A stretch of 63,235 bases of DNA, counting the filler, from Stramenopiles sp. TOSAG23-3 (taxonomy: Eukaryota), in the NCBI GenBank assembly GCA_900128585.1. It is 8 parts of 8 records of this genome, joined end to end, with 100 filler letters (N's around TTAATTAATTAA, not from the genome) between each part and the next. Parts side by side here need not be neighbours in the genome. Positions count along the whole stretch, not along the records: positions 50,035 to 59,897 come from LT642873.1; positions 59,998 to 61,566 come from LT645678.1; positions 61,667 to 63,235 come from LT645679.1; 5 more parts are not named here. One strand, 5' to 3'. A program made the position numbers and the translations under genes. Positions 53,205-63,235 of this stretch are shown piece by piece (the stretch's first letter is position 1; each line of letters opens with the position of its first letter). The notes beneath the pieces were generated by a model. It worked only from the letters and a program-made list of their open reading frames with translations. It was not told where the DNA came from and made no database searches.

Positions 53205-56200
53205 ATGGACGGTCACCACCATCATCACCACGATCACAGGCAACATGAACACCACAAGTTGAAATTTTCAGTAATACAGTGCACGGGGGAAGAGCAGTCT
53301 CGCCCGGCCACGGAACTGCAAAAATACAGCGACCATACGAAAGGGTGGATTTCTCCAAGGTTTTCGGACTACCCGCAAGAAATTGTCGCACAGTTTCACC
53401 ATCATATCAGCATTTCCCAGCTGCAAGTTCTGTCGCACGAGTCCAAGATTGCGAATAAAATAGAGATATTTGTGTCCGACCAACGAAACCAGGACCCCGA
53501 CACCTTAGAGTGGACCCGGTTGGGATTTTTTACCTTGGGCGATAACGAAGAAACGAAGTGGCAGGCGAGGGAACTGAAGACCGTCGATCTGAACGCCCAA
53601 GCCCGGTACCTAAAACTAAAATTGGCCGGGTGCCATATCAACCGAGAAAACCTGTTCAACCAGGTCGGTATCGTAGCCTTGTCAATATTTGGGAAAAAAA
53701 TATCTGGTGGGGGGGGGCAAACATAAAATAGAGAAGCAGAAGAATGACCCAGAGAAAGCGAAGGAAGCCGAGGTCATGCTGCCCCCGGAGCTGGACGAAA
53801 AATCCAAAAAGATGATCATGGACATTGTGACATTGAAGAAAACGGCAGTGAACAAGGAGGACTTCGCGGGCGCGAAAGGGCTGAGGGACGCGGAACTTGC
53901 TCTGAGGCGAGATGCCGTTCGTTTGGTTCAGATGAGGCACGAGAAGTACGCGTGCGTGGAGGCAGAAAATTACGAGCGGGCCCACCATTGCAAGGAAGAG
54001 ATCGAGAAAATATTAGAGGGCATGCTCGCCGTTGCGAGGTCAAAGCGCGAGTACCGTCTGCTAGAGAAAATACGGATCACAAAGCGTGCGGCGAAAGCAG
54101 CGAAGCTGGGCGCTTCCATGTCGAACGGGCGGTGGGATTTCTTCTCTGCAAAAGCAAACGTCGAAGCAGCGGAGGGGCAGACGAACTCAGAGACAAAATC
54201 GGACGACCAGGGCAAGGAACAGGAGCAAGCGCCTCGACCCAAGAAGAAGGCGTCGTCGTTGGAGCAAATGCTTCGAATGGGGATTTTAATGAAGCCCGGC
54301 AACCCAGAGCAAACCGCTACCCCCGCATCACTAGACAGGTTAGAGCTGTACCAGTACAGGGTAGAGTTTCCCGCAGGCCCCTTAGGACTGGGCCTTGCTC
54401 CGCCCCCAAATAGAGACAAAGGGAACGTTGTCACCGTGGTAACACCCGGGAGCTACGCGAGCAATTCGAAAAAAATTAAAGTCGGGGATACCCTCGTGGG
54501 CGTTGGCACGGAGAGTGCAATTAACAGGACCCACGAAGAGACGGTGGAGCTCATCAAGGGCGCAGAGAGGCCCGTACTGTTCAGTTTTGCGCGCCTGATT
54601 GTGCACGAGAGTGTCAAGCGAGAGAAGATCGTGATGACCGCCGAACAGGAGTTAAAACTGAAAGCAATGTGGGACAAGATGGACACAGACGGTTCCGGCC
54701 ATCTTTCTAAGGAAGAGCTGATCCAGGGGGTGTCCACCGCGGGCATCAAACTGAGCGAAAAGCAGGCCGCCAAGGTGGTAAAAATGGTAGACAAAGACAA
54801 TTCTGGGCACATAACATACGACGAGTTTCGGGTGTACATCCTTTCAAGAGGAAGGAAAAGGAAGCAGAAGCGCCCTATGTCAAGACCGGAACCGTTGCCG
54901 GAGTTGGACGCAAACGTAGAGAAAACGAGCAAAGAAATGGTGCAAGGGCCGAAAAGCGACGACCCGGAAAGAAAAACACCAAAGACCCCGTCCAGAAAGG
55001 ACAGAAAAGCCAGGCCAGGATCTCGACCACTTCCCACGAAGAAAGAAGGCCGGCCAAAGTCGAGGGCCCTTCCTACGTTGCAGAAGCAGAACAGCATACA
55101 CAGCGACGATTCCGGGTTCAGCAACCCACCAGGAGACGACCAAAGACTGCCATCACCAGAGCCCTTGCCTTCCACGGTCGTCGATGCATGCGAGCCGTTG
55201 ATCGCGCTATTTGGCAATCGAGCTGTGCGGTGCTTTTACAGCAAGACCTGGCAGTTGAGACACTCTGCAGTCGCTAAAATGAGAAAAGATTTGAAAGAGC
55301 TCGTGAAATCCAAATCTGGGGACAGCTTAATGCAATTCGTATTTTTGCCGTGTACCCAAGCCTTGAAAGACGGTGCGGCAGAGAAAGTTGCAAAAGTTTT
55401 CCGACAAGAATTGAAGTTTGCAATCGAGTTGCTAAATGCGGTGGATGAAACGTTGCCCCCTGGCAATTCAATATCGTACCCGAGATCATTGCGCCCTCAT
55501 CTCGACGATTTCATCGCAAAATTATCGGAAAGGATGGGGGACAACAACAAAAAAATATCGGCCGAAGCAATTGAAGCAATGTGCAGCATCTCGGGAACGC
55601 GCGGGTATGGCCCGACTGTAATAAACATTGCGCTGAGGCTTCCCTCAAACGCAAAGGCTTCAGCGTTTCGGCCAATATTGGGGAAGCTGGACTTCTTTGT
55701 AAAGATTTTGGGAATGTATTCTTTTCGGTTTCAGGAACTGCAGGAAGGTCACATTTTAAGCGCCATGAAATCCATGGATTCCGCTCACCATCAAAACAAA
55801 CAAGTGCGGAGCAAAACGCTTGATGTGATCGAAAAGATAGCGGAGATACAAGGGCGGTCCCAGCAAATAGACGACTACCTGAACAGTCTAAAAGATGCGC
55901 AGCGGGACGAGTTCCACAGTCGTTTGGAGTCACACGGGTTTGGCGCTACCAACGTGTACAATGGGGAGAGCCGAAAGCCCAAAAATTTACGAAATCAAAG
56001 AGTGGCGATAGCGAGGCCAAAGAAAGAAGCAAACGACCCCGATGCCCAGTTGAAGATGTGGTGGAAAAGTATAGACAGTGACGGGTCAGGGCATATCTCT
56101 ACCGATGAGCTGAAGGTGGGGTTGGGAAAAGTTGGCTATAAACTTTCCGATGCACAAGTGCAAAAAATCGTTCAAAAATTTGATCACGATAGCTCTGGCC

Positions 56201-57624
56201 ACATGAGTTTCAGCGAATTCAAAGCGCTGATCGATTTCATGCGGAAGGAAAGGCAAAAGCAGCAGAAACGTTCGAACGAACTGGCGGGAAAGCGCCCAAC
56301 TAGTCAACCAGTAAAGCTATCCAAACCATTTGCCATCTCCTTCCCGCCAGGGTCCTTGGGCATTGCACTGCAGTCGACGGATCACCTTGCACTGGAAGTT
56401 AGCAAAGTCGCTGCAGCAAGTGTTGCGAAAAAAGGAGGTGTAGTCGTTGGGGACCATTTACTGTCCGTCAACGACAAAGACTGCACGAAAATTTCCGTTA
56501 CTGCAGCACTGAAACTGGTAAAAAATTCACCGCGCCCGATAGTAATAAAGTTTGCGCACGTCATGACAGGCACCGACGCTCCACCGCCGACCAAAAGAAA
56601 AGAAGTTCGGCTGTCCGAACCGTTCACCGTCTCCTTCCCGCCTGGGTCCTTGGGCATTGGGCTGCAGTCGACGGATCACCTTGCACTGGAAGTTAGCAAA
56701 GTCGCTGCAGCAAGTGTTGCGAAAAAAGGCGGTGTAGTCGTTGGGGACCATTTACTGTCCGTCAACGACAAAGACTGCACGAACATTTCCGTTACTGCAG
56801 CACTGAAACTGGTAAAAAATTCACCGCGCCCGATAGTAATAAAGTTTGCGCACGTCGTGACAGGTACCGACGCTCCACCGCCGCAACAACCAGAACCGAA
56901 GCCGGCCGAAACGAAAGAGAAGCCCAAGGCGGCACCGCAAGGAAAAACCAAGGCTGCTCCAAAGGAGGCGACCGCAAAGAAGAAGGGTAGCAACCGATTT
57001 ATGGTTGAGTTCCCTGACGGCTCGCTCGGGTTCAACCTAAGAAAGAGCAGTGACCAATCCGTTAAGCAGCTCGAGGTCAGCAAAATTGTTCCTGGCAGTG
57101 CTGCAAGCGAACATAGACTTGCTGTAGGCGACAGGTTAGTGCGCATTAATGACAAGGACAGCACCGACGACATGGCCCCTCGTCACATTTTAATGCTCCT
57201 GAAAAAAACGCCGCGGCCAATAAAGTTGTGGTTTGAGCGTTCAGAACAGCCCGGGAAAAAGGATGCAGAGACTCGACCAAGCGAAGCAACAAGCGGTGAA
57301 AAACGCGCCAGAGCGAAGAAAGATACAGCCAAAAACAAGGGCGAGGATGGAGTAAGTCCGATGTTTGAAGTCACCATAGGCAAAGGTAATCTTGGACTAA
57401 AACTAGGAAAAAACAAGAATCCGAAAGACTCTGGTGTGTTGGTCATAACCGAAATCTCACCCTCTGGCTTAATCGCACAGAACAACCCAGGCATTGCCGT
57501 TGGGTTCATCCTCGCATTTGTCAACATCGTTGATTGCAGAAAACTCCCACCCACCCAAATCATGAAAACATTAAAGTCGGCAAAAAGACCAATGACCTTG
57601 AAATTTATGAAACCATCATTATAG
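53205..57624 (+). CDS. CEP104-like ciliary protein: N-terminal jelly-roll, coil, PDZ, 2 EF-hands, TOG, 2 EF-hands, 4 PDZ; frameshift at the G9 run 53709-53717
   Basis: CEP104-type N-domain: GWISPRFSDYPQEI...QVLSHESKIANKIEIF...RLGFFTLGDNEETKWQARELKTV...NLFNQVGIVAL. TOG start: FGNRAVRCFYSKTWQLR. G8 fuses ORF 53076-53726 with ORF 53689-57624. Confidence 0.8.
56317..56884 (+). repeat. Near-identical 294-bp intragenic tandem duplication (two PDZ domains)
   Basis: Units start at 56317 and 56611 and share long stretches of identical nucleotides. Confidence 0.9.
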
Positions 57625-58121
57625 ATCATATGATAGAGCTTATACTCATTACTCTTGTTTTTGAAACGCATTCAGTGATACCGCGGTCAAAGTTGCGCTC
57701 TACAATTTAGTCCCATACAAGAGAAGTATGGTTTTTTTCTTGGTACAATTCATACCTACTGTATACATACATATCTCAAAGCTCGAAATCAACCTCCAAA
57801 ATCTGCTGTGTATGAAGAAACAGAAGAATGAAATAGAACACCAAAAATGATCGATTGGTTAATAAAAAAAACAAATTATAATAGTATGTTTTAAGACTCT
57901 CATTTGATGTAATAAATAACAGCCAATTTTCTTGTGTTTTTAAAAAAACGAAGGAGGGTGTTTTCTTTCTTTCTTTCTTTCTTCGCCCTGCCTGCCTCCT
58001 TCCTAATAGAGAAAGAAAGAAGGAGAAGGAAGAAGATGGTTACATCATACATAATAATACAACAACAACGGTCTCCTATCTCTGTTTACCAGGCTGTGGC
58101 ATTTGTTTAAAACCCTAGACC

Positions 58122-58961
58122 CTACAAACAGATTGGAGGCAGCTGGCATCTTGCGACCTGCCATGGATTAGCAAACTTTTGCGGCAATCTTCGATAAGGC
58201 AAATCGACTTCTTTCCATCCCATATCTTTTTTTACTCGGCCAAGTACACATGAGATCTCGAACTCGGGGCAACTCGCGCTTGCATAGCCTTTGTTTAATA
58301 AGAATGTAAAGGGCTTTGTTACTAGAACTTTCTGCCCCTTTGAATTTACCATAGTGTATTCTTTTTTGTTCCTATGCATTTGAAGCGTTTTCCGGAAGTA
58401 ATAACCGTAGTCATCCTCAAACATACCCTGCGGCTCCTTGCCCATAGCAAACATTTTTTGCCATTTGTATTTCGTGACAAGCCTTGCCTTCGCCGAACGT
58501 AGTCTTCGACTATCAACACACATTGCAGGCTCCTGGCAGCTTGCTGACTGCCATGGATTACGAAACTTTTGCGGCAATCTTTGATAAGGCAAATTGACCC
58601 CTTTCGTAATGCCTTCTTTTTTTACTTGGCCAGGTGGACAAAAGATCTCGAACTCGGGGCAACTCGCGCTTGCATAGCCTTTGTTGAAATGCAATTTACC
58701 GAATGTAAAGGGCTTTGTTACTAGAACTTCCTGCCCCAATCGATTTTCCATGGTGTATCCTTTTTTGTTCTTATGCATTTGAAGCGTTTTCCGGAAGTAA
58801 TAACCGTAGTCGTCCTCATACTCATCCCGCGGCTCCTTGCCCCTAGCAAACATCTTGTGCCATTTGTTTTTCGTGACAAGCCTTGTCCTCTTTGCCTCCG
58901 AAAAGGCGCTTATTGCCAATAGGACAAGGCAACCAAGCAATATTTGTTTTGAAAAAAACAT
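58122..58961 (-). CDS. Secreted basic protein made of two homologous Cys-containing domains (133-aa period) linked by an RRLR motif; family unknown
   Basis: Signal peptide MFFSKQILLGCLVLLAISAFSEA. The unit RLVTK.KW.KMFA.GKEP...EDDYGYYFRKTLQMH...NKGYASASCPEFEI.C...LPY.RLPQKF.NPWQ.A.CQ.P..C occurs twice. Confidence 0.8.
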   Translation of the reverse strand: MFFSKQILLGCLVLLAISAFSEAKRTRLVTKNKWHKMFARGKEPRDEYEDDYGYYFRKTLQMHKNKKGYTMENRLGQEVLVTKPFTFGKLHFNKGYASASCPEFEIFCPPGQVKKEGITKGVNLPYQRLPQKFRNPWQSASCQEPAMCVDSRRLRSAKARLVTKYKWQKMFAMGKEPQGMFEDDYGYYFRKTLQMHRNKKEYTMVNSKGQKVLVTKPFTFLLNKGYASASCPEFEISCVLGRVKKDMGWKEVDLPYRRLPQKFANPWQVARCQLPPICL

Positions 58962-59820
58962 AGTATCTTTTACTTTGCGTGTTGTTTTGTGTTCTGTGCG
59001 TGATCTTTAGTGTTCTTTGAGATGTTGAACTAATTACCATAGTTGTCGCTTACGTAGAACATTTGGAACTAGTACTTCGGTGAGACATAACAATGTAATT
59101 CGAGTAGATCTTTAATGAATGATATTAATAATAAAATAAATACCATTACTACTACTGGTATAACCAACTCTAAAACTACTGCCAACCCAACCAACTACGA
59201 AGACAAAGAAGAGAAGAAAAGGAATTTCCTTTTTTTCTTCTTTTTTATCATAGAACATACTATACATAGTTAATACCATTGGTATAATATTATTCCAATT
59301 ATTAAAAAGAATAGTGGGTGTGGATGGATGGATTATCTTTTTTCTCACTAATAATAAATTGGATAGCATTGGGAGAAGCAAAGCATTTCAAAAGAGAATG
59401 ATCACATTTGTGCAACACCTTAAAAGCTTATTCTTCTTTTGTCATTTGGCGTGGTTATGTATTATAATATTTATTTATCCAAAAAAAGAAAAAAAAGAAC
59501 AAAAACAAAAAAAACTTTTTGAGTTGTTTTTGATGAACCTTCGAGCTGAAACTATTTTTATTTATTTATTATTATTAAGGTATTAATATGAATGAAATCC
59601 CACCATTTTTTTAATTATTTTTTTATTATAACTATAAAATCTTGTGTTAAAAAAATCACGAAGGAGGCCTTCATTGTTTTACTATTGTTTTGTTGTTCGA
59701 TATATTGGCTGTTTGTATCAAACTTAAATACAAAGATGGGTACTAAAATCTGCATAATGCTGTGTCCATTGCACTTCATTCTTCTAGTCTAGTCTACCAT
59801 TTTGTTTTATTATTATTCTC

Positions 59821-59897
59821 TTTGTTTGTTTGTTTGTTTGTTTGTTTGTTTGTTTGTTTGTTTGTTTGTTTGTTTGTTTGTTTGTTTGTTTGTTTGT
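59821..59897. repeat. (TTTG)n microsatellite at contig end
   Basis: Direct reading of the sequence. Confidence 0.95.
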
Positions 59898-59997
59898 NNN
59901 NNNNNNNNNNNNNNNNNNNNNNNNNNNNNNNNNNNNNNNNNTTAATTAATTAANNNNNNNNNNNNNNNNNNNNNNNNNNNNNNNNNNNNNNNNNNNN
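59898..59997. other. Artificial contig spacer
   Basis: N44-TTAATTAATTAA-N44. Confidence 0.98.
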
Positions 59998-60148
59998 GGG
60001 AGACAGAAGAAGAAAGTGAGGGTGACGAGAAGGATAGTGAGGAGGACGATGGCGACAATGAAGAGGGGGATAGTGGCAAGGAAGACAGTGACGAAGACGA
60101 AGTACTGCGTCTTTTGTTTCTGATCAAGGGGGCGACTGCACCGACGTT

Positions 60149-61420
60149 GTGCTGTTTTTTAGCGCAGCGAAGGTCGTTATCTTTGGTGCGGTGGCTGTAG
60201 TTTCTGTGTTTAATGTTATCATTCAAGTAAGCGCATACACATTTGTGAAGTTGGAAAAACACGGGGATGTAAGTCTATTTACAGATTCGCAAGTTCAAAA
60301 AACTTTTCTGGGGCTGTTTATTAATACAGTCTTTGTAATTCTCTTCGCAAATTCGAAAATTAGTGACGGCAGCAGCCCCGGTAATGCAGGGGACGGAAAA
60401 TTCCATGGGTTTGAAGCTGGTTGGTATCCAAAGGTAGGTTTGAGTTTGTCCTTGACAATTCTCGTAGACTGCTTTGCGCCCCACATTGCACCCCTGATTT
60501 CTTACTTAATTCTTCAACCAGCAAAGCAGCATAAAGCAAGGGAATCGATTAAGAAATCCCGTGTTGGGATGTGCATGCGCCATCCAATTGCGACCCAGGC
60601 GCAGTTGAACACGGAGTTTGAAGGCTTTGAATTCGAATTACCAGTGAGACTGGCAACAGTATTAAATACTTTGGGGACGGTGCTCTGCTACGCTGGCGCC
60701 CTACCGGCAATGATCCCAATAGCGTGTGTCAGTTTCTTCATTTCGTACCATTTGGACAAGTTCTTCTTGCTGAAATTGTACAAACGCCCGCCTCGTTATC
60801 AACTTGGTATCATGACAACAGTCATGAAAGTGGTCCCAGTATTAGTATGCTTGCATCTAGTCTTTTCCGCGTTGGTGTACACAGAAAAATCAGTGTTGAC
60901 ACAGGTATCGTTTAGTGAAATGACCTCCATCCTGGGCACATCTTCGGATGACATTGAGTCGAAAACTTCAACGGTGAAGAGCGGAAATCGTCTTGGAGAA
61001 GGTCATGTCTTCCCTTTGTGGTTGATTTTTGCAGCGGTTTCCAGTTTTAGCATTATCACCTATGCTGTAGAGACCATTATACCGCATCAAGTTGTCTTGA
61101 GCTTGCTACAAATATGTTCGTGTTGCAAAAGAAAACAAAAAGATAACCATAAACCGCCATTTAGTGAGCTATACTCCATTCCATTCCCACCGAGTTGGAG
61201 TTTGGAAGAGGCCAAAGATTCTATTACTGATTTAGACCGGGCCGTTGGCTTTGAAATGAGGTTTATCGATGGTAAAATGACAAAGGTTAGAACCGAAAAG
61301 AACCCTTTGAACGGTAAAAAGACCTTGCTGCGAACTTGGGAAGTCATACGTAACTCCACTGGCGCTTACAGCTATGACATTCGTCACAATCCTACATACG
61401 GTGCGCATGTGGAAAAGTAA
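60149..61420 (+). CDS. C-terminal part of an OSCA/TMEM63/TMC-superfamily-like multi-pass channel (5' incomplete)
   Basis: F..GWYPKVG, TQAQLNTEFEGFEFELPVRLA..L, YAGALP and YHLDKFFLLKLYKRPPRY. Confidence 0.7.
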   Translation: MLFFSAAKVVIFGAVAVVSVFNVIIQVSAYTFVKLEKHGDVSLFTDSQVQKTFLGLFINTVFVILFANSKISDGSSPGNAGDGKFHGFEAGWYPKVGLSLSLTILVDCFAPHIAPLISYLILQPAKQHKARESIKKSRVGMCMRHPIATQAQLNTEFEGFEFELPVRLATVLNTLGTVLCYAGALPAMIPIACVSFFISYHLDKFFLLKLYKRPPRYQLGIMTTVMKVVPVLVCLHLVFSALVYTEKSVLTQVSFSEMTSILGTSSDDIESKTSTVKSGNRLGEGHVFPLWLIFAAVSSFSIITYAVETIIPHQVVLSLLQICSCCKRKQKDNHKPPFSELYSIPFPPSWSLEEAKDSITDLDRAVGFEMRFIDGKMTKVRTEKNPLNGKKTLLRTWEVIRNSTGAYSYDIRHNPTYGAHVEK

Positions 61421-61566
61421 AACATAAGCTTGTTCATATGATATATGATATTAAAAACAAGAAAATTGGCTTTTAAGTATCATAAGATAATTAAAATTAA
61501 TGTACTGCGAACTGAACTCTAAATTTAGACATTCGAGGTTTACATTCCTTCATGAACTGCGAACTT

Positions 61567-61666
61567 NNNNNNNNNNNNNNNNNNNNNNNNNNNNNNNNNN
61601 NNNNNNNNNNTTAATTAATTAANNNNNNNNNNNNNNNNNNNNNNNNNNNNNNNNNNNNNNNNNNNN
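61567..61666. other. Artificial contig spacer
   Basis: N44-TTAATTAATTAA-N44. Confidence 0.98.
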
Positions 61667-61667
61667 A

Positions 61668-61946
61668 GTGCCGAAACCATTGCACGATCAGTCCGCTACC
61701 AAATTCTACTATGCTTCAATGGAACCAAACACCATCTATAAATCCGCCCAAAGTGCGCAATGGATGGGTGGAGATCGGCGAGTCGTCGAATACGAAGACA
61801 AGCTCTTGTTCGTCACTGGTGACAGCTGTACAGTGGATGGGAAAGATGGTGTGTCCATAGTTTTACCAGAACGAGAATTTGACAGTGACATTGCCACTCG
61901 ATACCAAGCACTACTCAAGACTATACTAAAAACAATAGACTTATAA
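61668..61946 (+). CDS. 3' part of an unknown protein, truncated at the contig edge
   Basis: Open from the contig start to TAA at 61944-61946; no motif recognised. Confidence 0.5.
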   Translation: MPKPLHDQSATKFYYASMEPNTIYKSAQSAQWMGGDRRVVEYEDKLLFVTGDSCTVDGKDGVSIVLPEREFDSDIATRYQALLKTILKTIDL

Positions 61947-61963
61947 GAATTACTTTAATTCTC

Positions 61964-61975
61964 TATATATATAAA
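61964..61975 (+). promoter_or_regulatory. TATA-like element
   Basis: TATATATATAAA lies in the 44-bp intergenic gap, 15 nt before ATG 61991. Confidence 0.45.
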
Positions 61976-61990
61976 TGAATACTTAACTAA

Positions 61991-63235
61991 ATGAACAGAG
62001 ACCTTAACTCTACCGTACAAATTATTGCATCACAAGCACAACCAGCCTTTTCACGGATGGTTGCGGGAACTGGATGGTTTCCCAATGCAGACGTCCCAGA
62101 AGGGACCATTGTTACCAACGCACACGTAGTCAATGGAGCCACCAACGTTTACATTCGTCTACCGTGTGCCCATAGTACAGACATATCCGTTCAAGTGAAG
62201 GGTATTTCCACCGACCTCGACATTGCAGTGTTGCAACTGCCTCCCTTATCATTGGAACGTGTAAAGGCAAAATTAGGAGAAATGTACGATGATACCCGCA
62301 TCCCAACCCTAGAGATCGGGGATTCGGACAAATTCCAAACTCAAAAAGATAGAACGGTTGTTGATAGGGGCTATCCATTGGGAACGGAATACCAACAGTT
62401 CACTAGGGGGACTTTTTCTGGACTTAAACACGCCAAAGAACAGGTTTACATGGTCTCCGACGCTGCAATTAACCCAGGGAATTCGGGGGGACCTCAATTG
62501 AACATTCAGGGCCAGGTGGTTGGAATGAACACCATGAAAGTCAGGGGAGCGACGGAAATCAACATGCAAATTCCCATCAACCGCATTATGAGAGTATTGC
62601 CAGAGCTACTCGACAATACCGAAAATGAAAAGCAAGTCCAAAAATGGTTGAAGTTTGCTCAAATGGCATTCAAACGGTCCAACGCCGAACCCACACAAAA
62701 ACAATTGGAACACGTTGCAAGTATGATTCATGGATCAGATCCAGACCTCATTAAGTTGAAATCAACGTGGGAAACACACAATTTGGGAGGTTACAAGAAG
62801 ACATCCGCGGGTATTCAACCAGTCACCTTTAGCGATTGGTACTCCAAACACATATACGACAAACAAGGATCGCACGCCCTGCTGACCTCCGTTATGGAAC
62901 ACATCGAAGCGGGTAACGTAGAAGAAGTTCATAAAATGAGAGCAAATGGCTTCAAATCCTTTTCATGTGACATGTGCGCTGCTGGACACTGTGCCATAAG
63001 TCCGAAAACTGCCATGGGGAACATACCACCCAGGGTACTACACTATCCTAGACTCGCATTCAGGACATCCAATTCAACTGGAATACCAACACTTACACAC
63101 TACGGCAACCAAGAGGGCATTCGGTCGGGGGTTATCGTATCCGATGTTGTCAAAGGAGGCCTTATGCACCGATCTGGACTCCAAAAGTACGACTTTATTC
63201 ACAATGTCACCACACCTGAAGGGTCATTCGATATA
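61991..63235 (+). CDS. HtrA/DegP-like trypsin-family serine protease with a large insertion and the start of a PDZ-like domain; 3'-truncated, absent from the ORF track
   Basis: Manual translation is open for 415 codons: MNRDLNSTVQII...GTGW...IVTNAHVV (His)...TDLDIAVL (Asp)...IGDSD...GYPLG...DAAINPGNSGGP (Ser)...GVIVSDVVKGG...GLQKYDFI. Confidence 0.88.
   Translation, partial: MNRDLNSTVQIIASQAQPAFSRMVAGTGWFPNADVPEGTIVTNAHVVNGATNVYIRLPCAHSTDISVQVKGISTDLDIAVLQLPPLSLERVKAKLGEMYDDTRIPTLEIGDSDKFQTQKDRTVVDRGYPLGTEYQQFTRGTFSGLKHAKEQVYMVSDAAINPGNSGGPQLNIQGQVVGMNTMKVRGATEINMQIPINRIMRVLPELLDNTENEKQVQKWLKFAQMAFKRSNAEPTQKQLEHVASMIHGSDPDLIKLKSTWETHNLGGYKKTSAGIQPVTFSDWYSKHIYDKQGSHALLTSVMEHIEAGNVEEVHKMRANGFKSFSCDMCAAGHCAISPKTAMGNIPPRVLHYPRLAFRTSNSTGIPTLTHYGNQEGIRSGVIVSDVVKGGLMHRSGLQKYDFIHNVTTPEGSFDI

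Noticed and set aside
53214-53231. His6 run suggesting a cloning tag
   Set aside because: It uses mixed CAC/CAT codons inside a longer natural His-rich N-terminus, and there is no vector sequence nearby.

Overview
This window is not one locus. It is eight unlinked contigs (six of about 9.9 kb, two of 1569 bp) joined by an artificial 100-bp spacer, N44-TTAATTAATTAA-N44, so adjacency across spacers means nothing. Seven contigs look like a compact, apparently intron-free eukaryotic genome with GC-richer CDSs and AT-rich, microsatellite-laden intergenic DNA. The gene content includes flagellar genes (CEP104-like, SHIPPO-repeat), digestive or lysosomal genes (GH2, S1/P1 nuclease, GILT-like, UNC-93-like, BLOS2), an Rh transporter and TOP1, with no plastid genes. 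This suggests a heterotrophic flagellate protist, possibly a marine stramenopile (inference). The top discovery is hidden by the ORF track: a signal-peptide-bearing, tandem two-domain GILT-like thiol reductase at 3274-4401. It has two in-frame UGA codons, each in a U-P-x-C motif, and a canonical SECIS element at 4452-4506, making it a predicted double-selenocysteine protein. Other highlights are a multi-helix, inverted-repeat-bounded non-coding element (30481-30712), a CEP104-like protein with 5 PDZ domains and 4 EF-hands, an SH3-SLOG protein, a Pex14N-SHIPPO fusion, frameshifts at G9-G10 runs, 3'-end-associated dispersed repeats, and a final contig with an unlisted HtrA-like protease ORF that looks foreign and may be from a large DNA virus. 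All protein family calls come from motif recognition by eye; no database searches were run.
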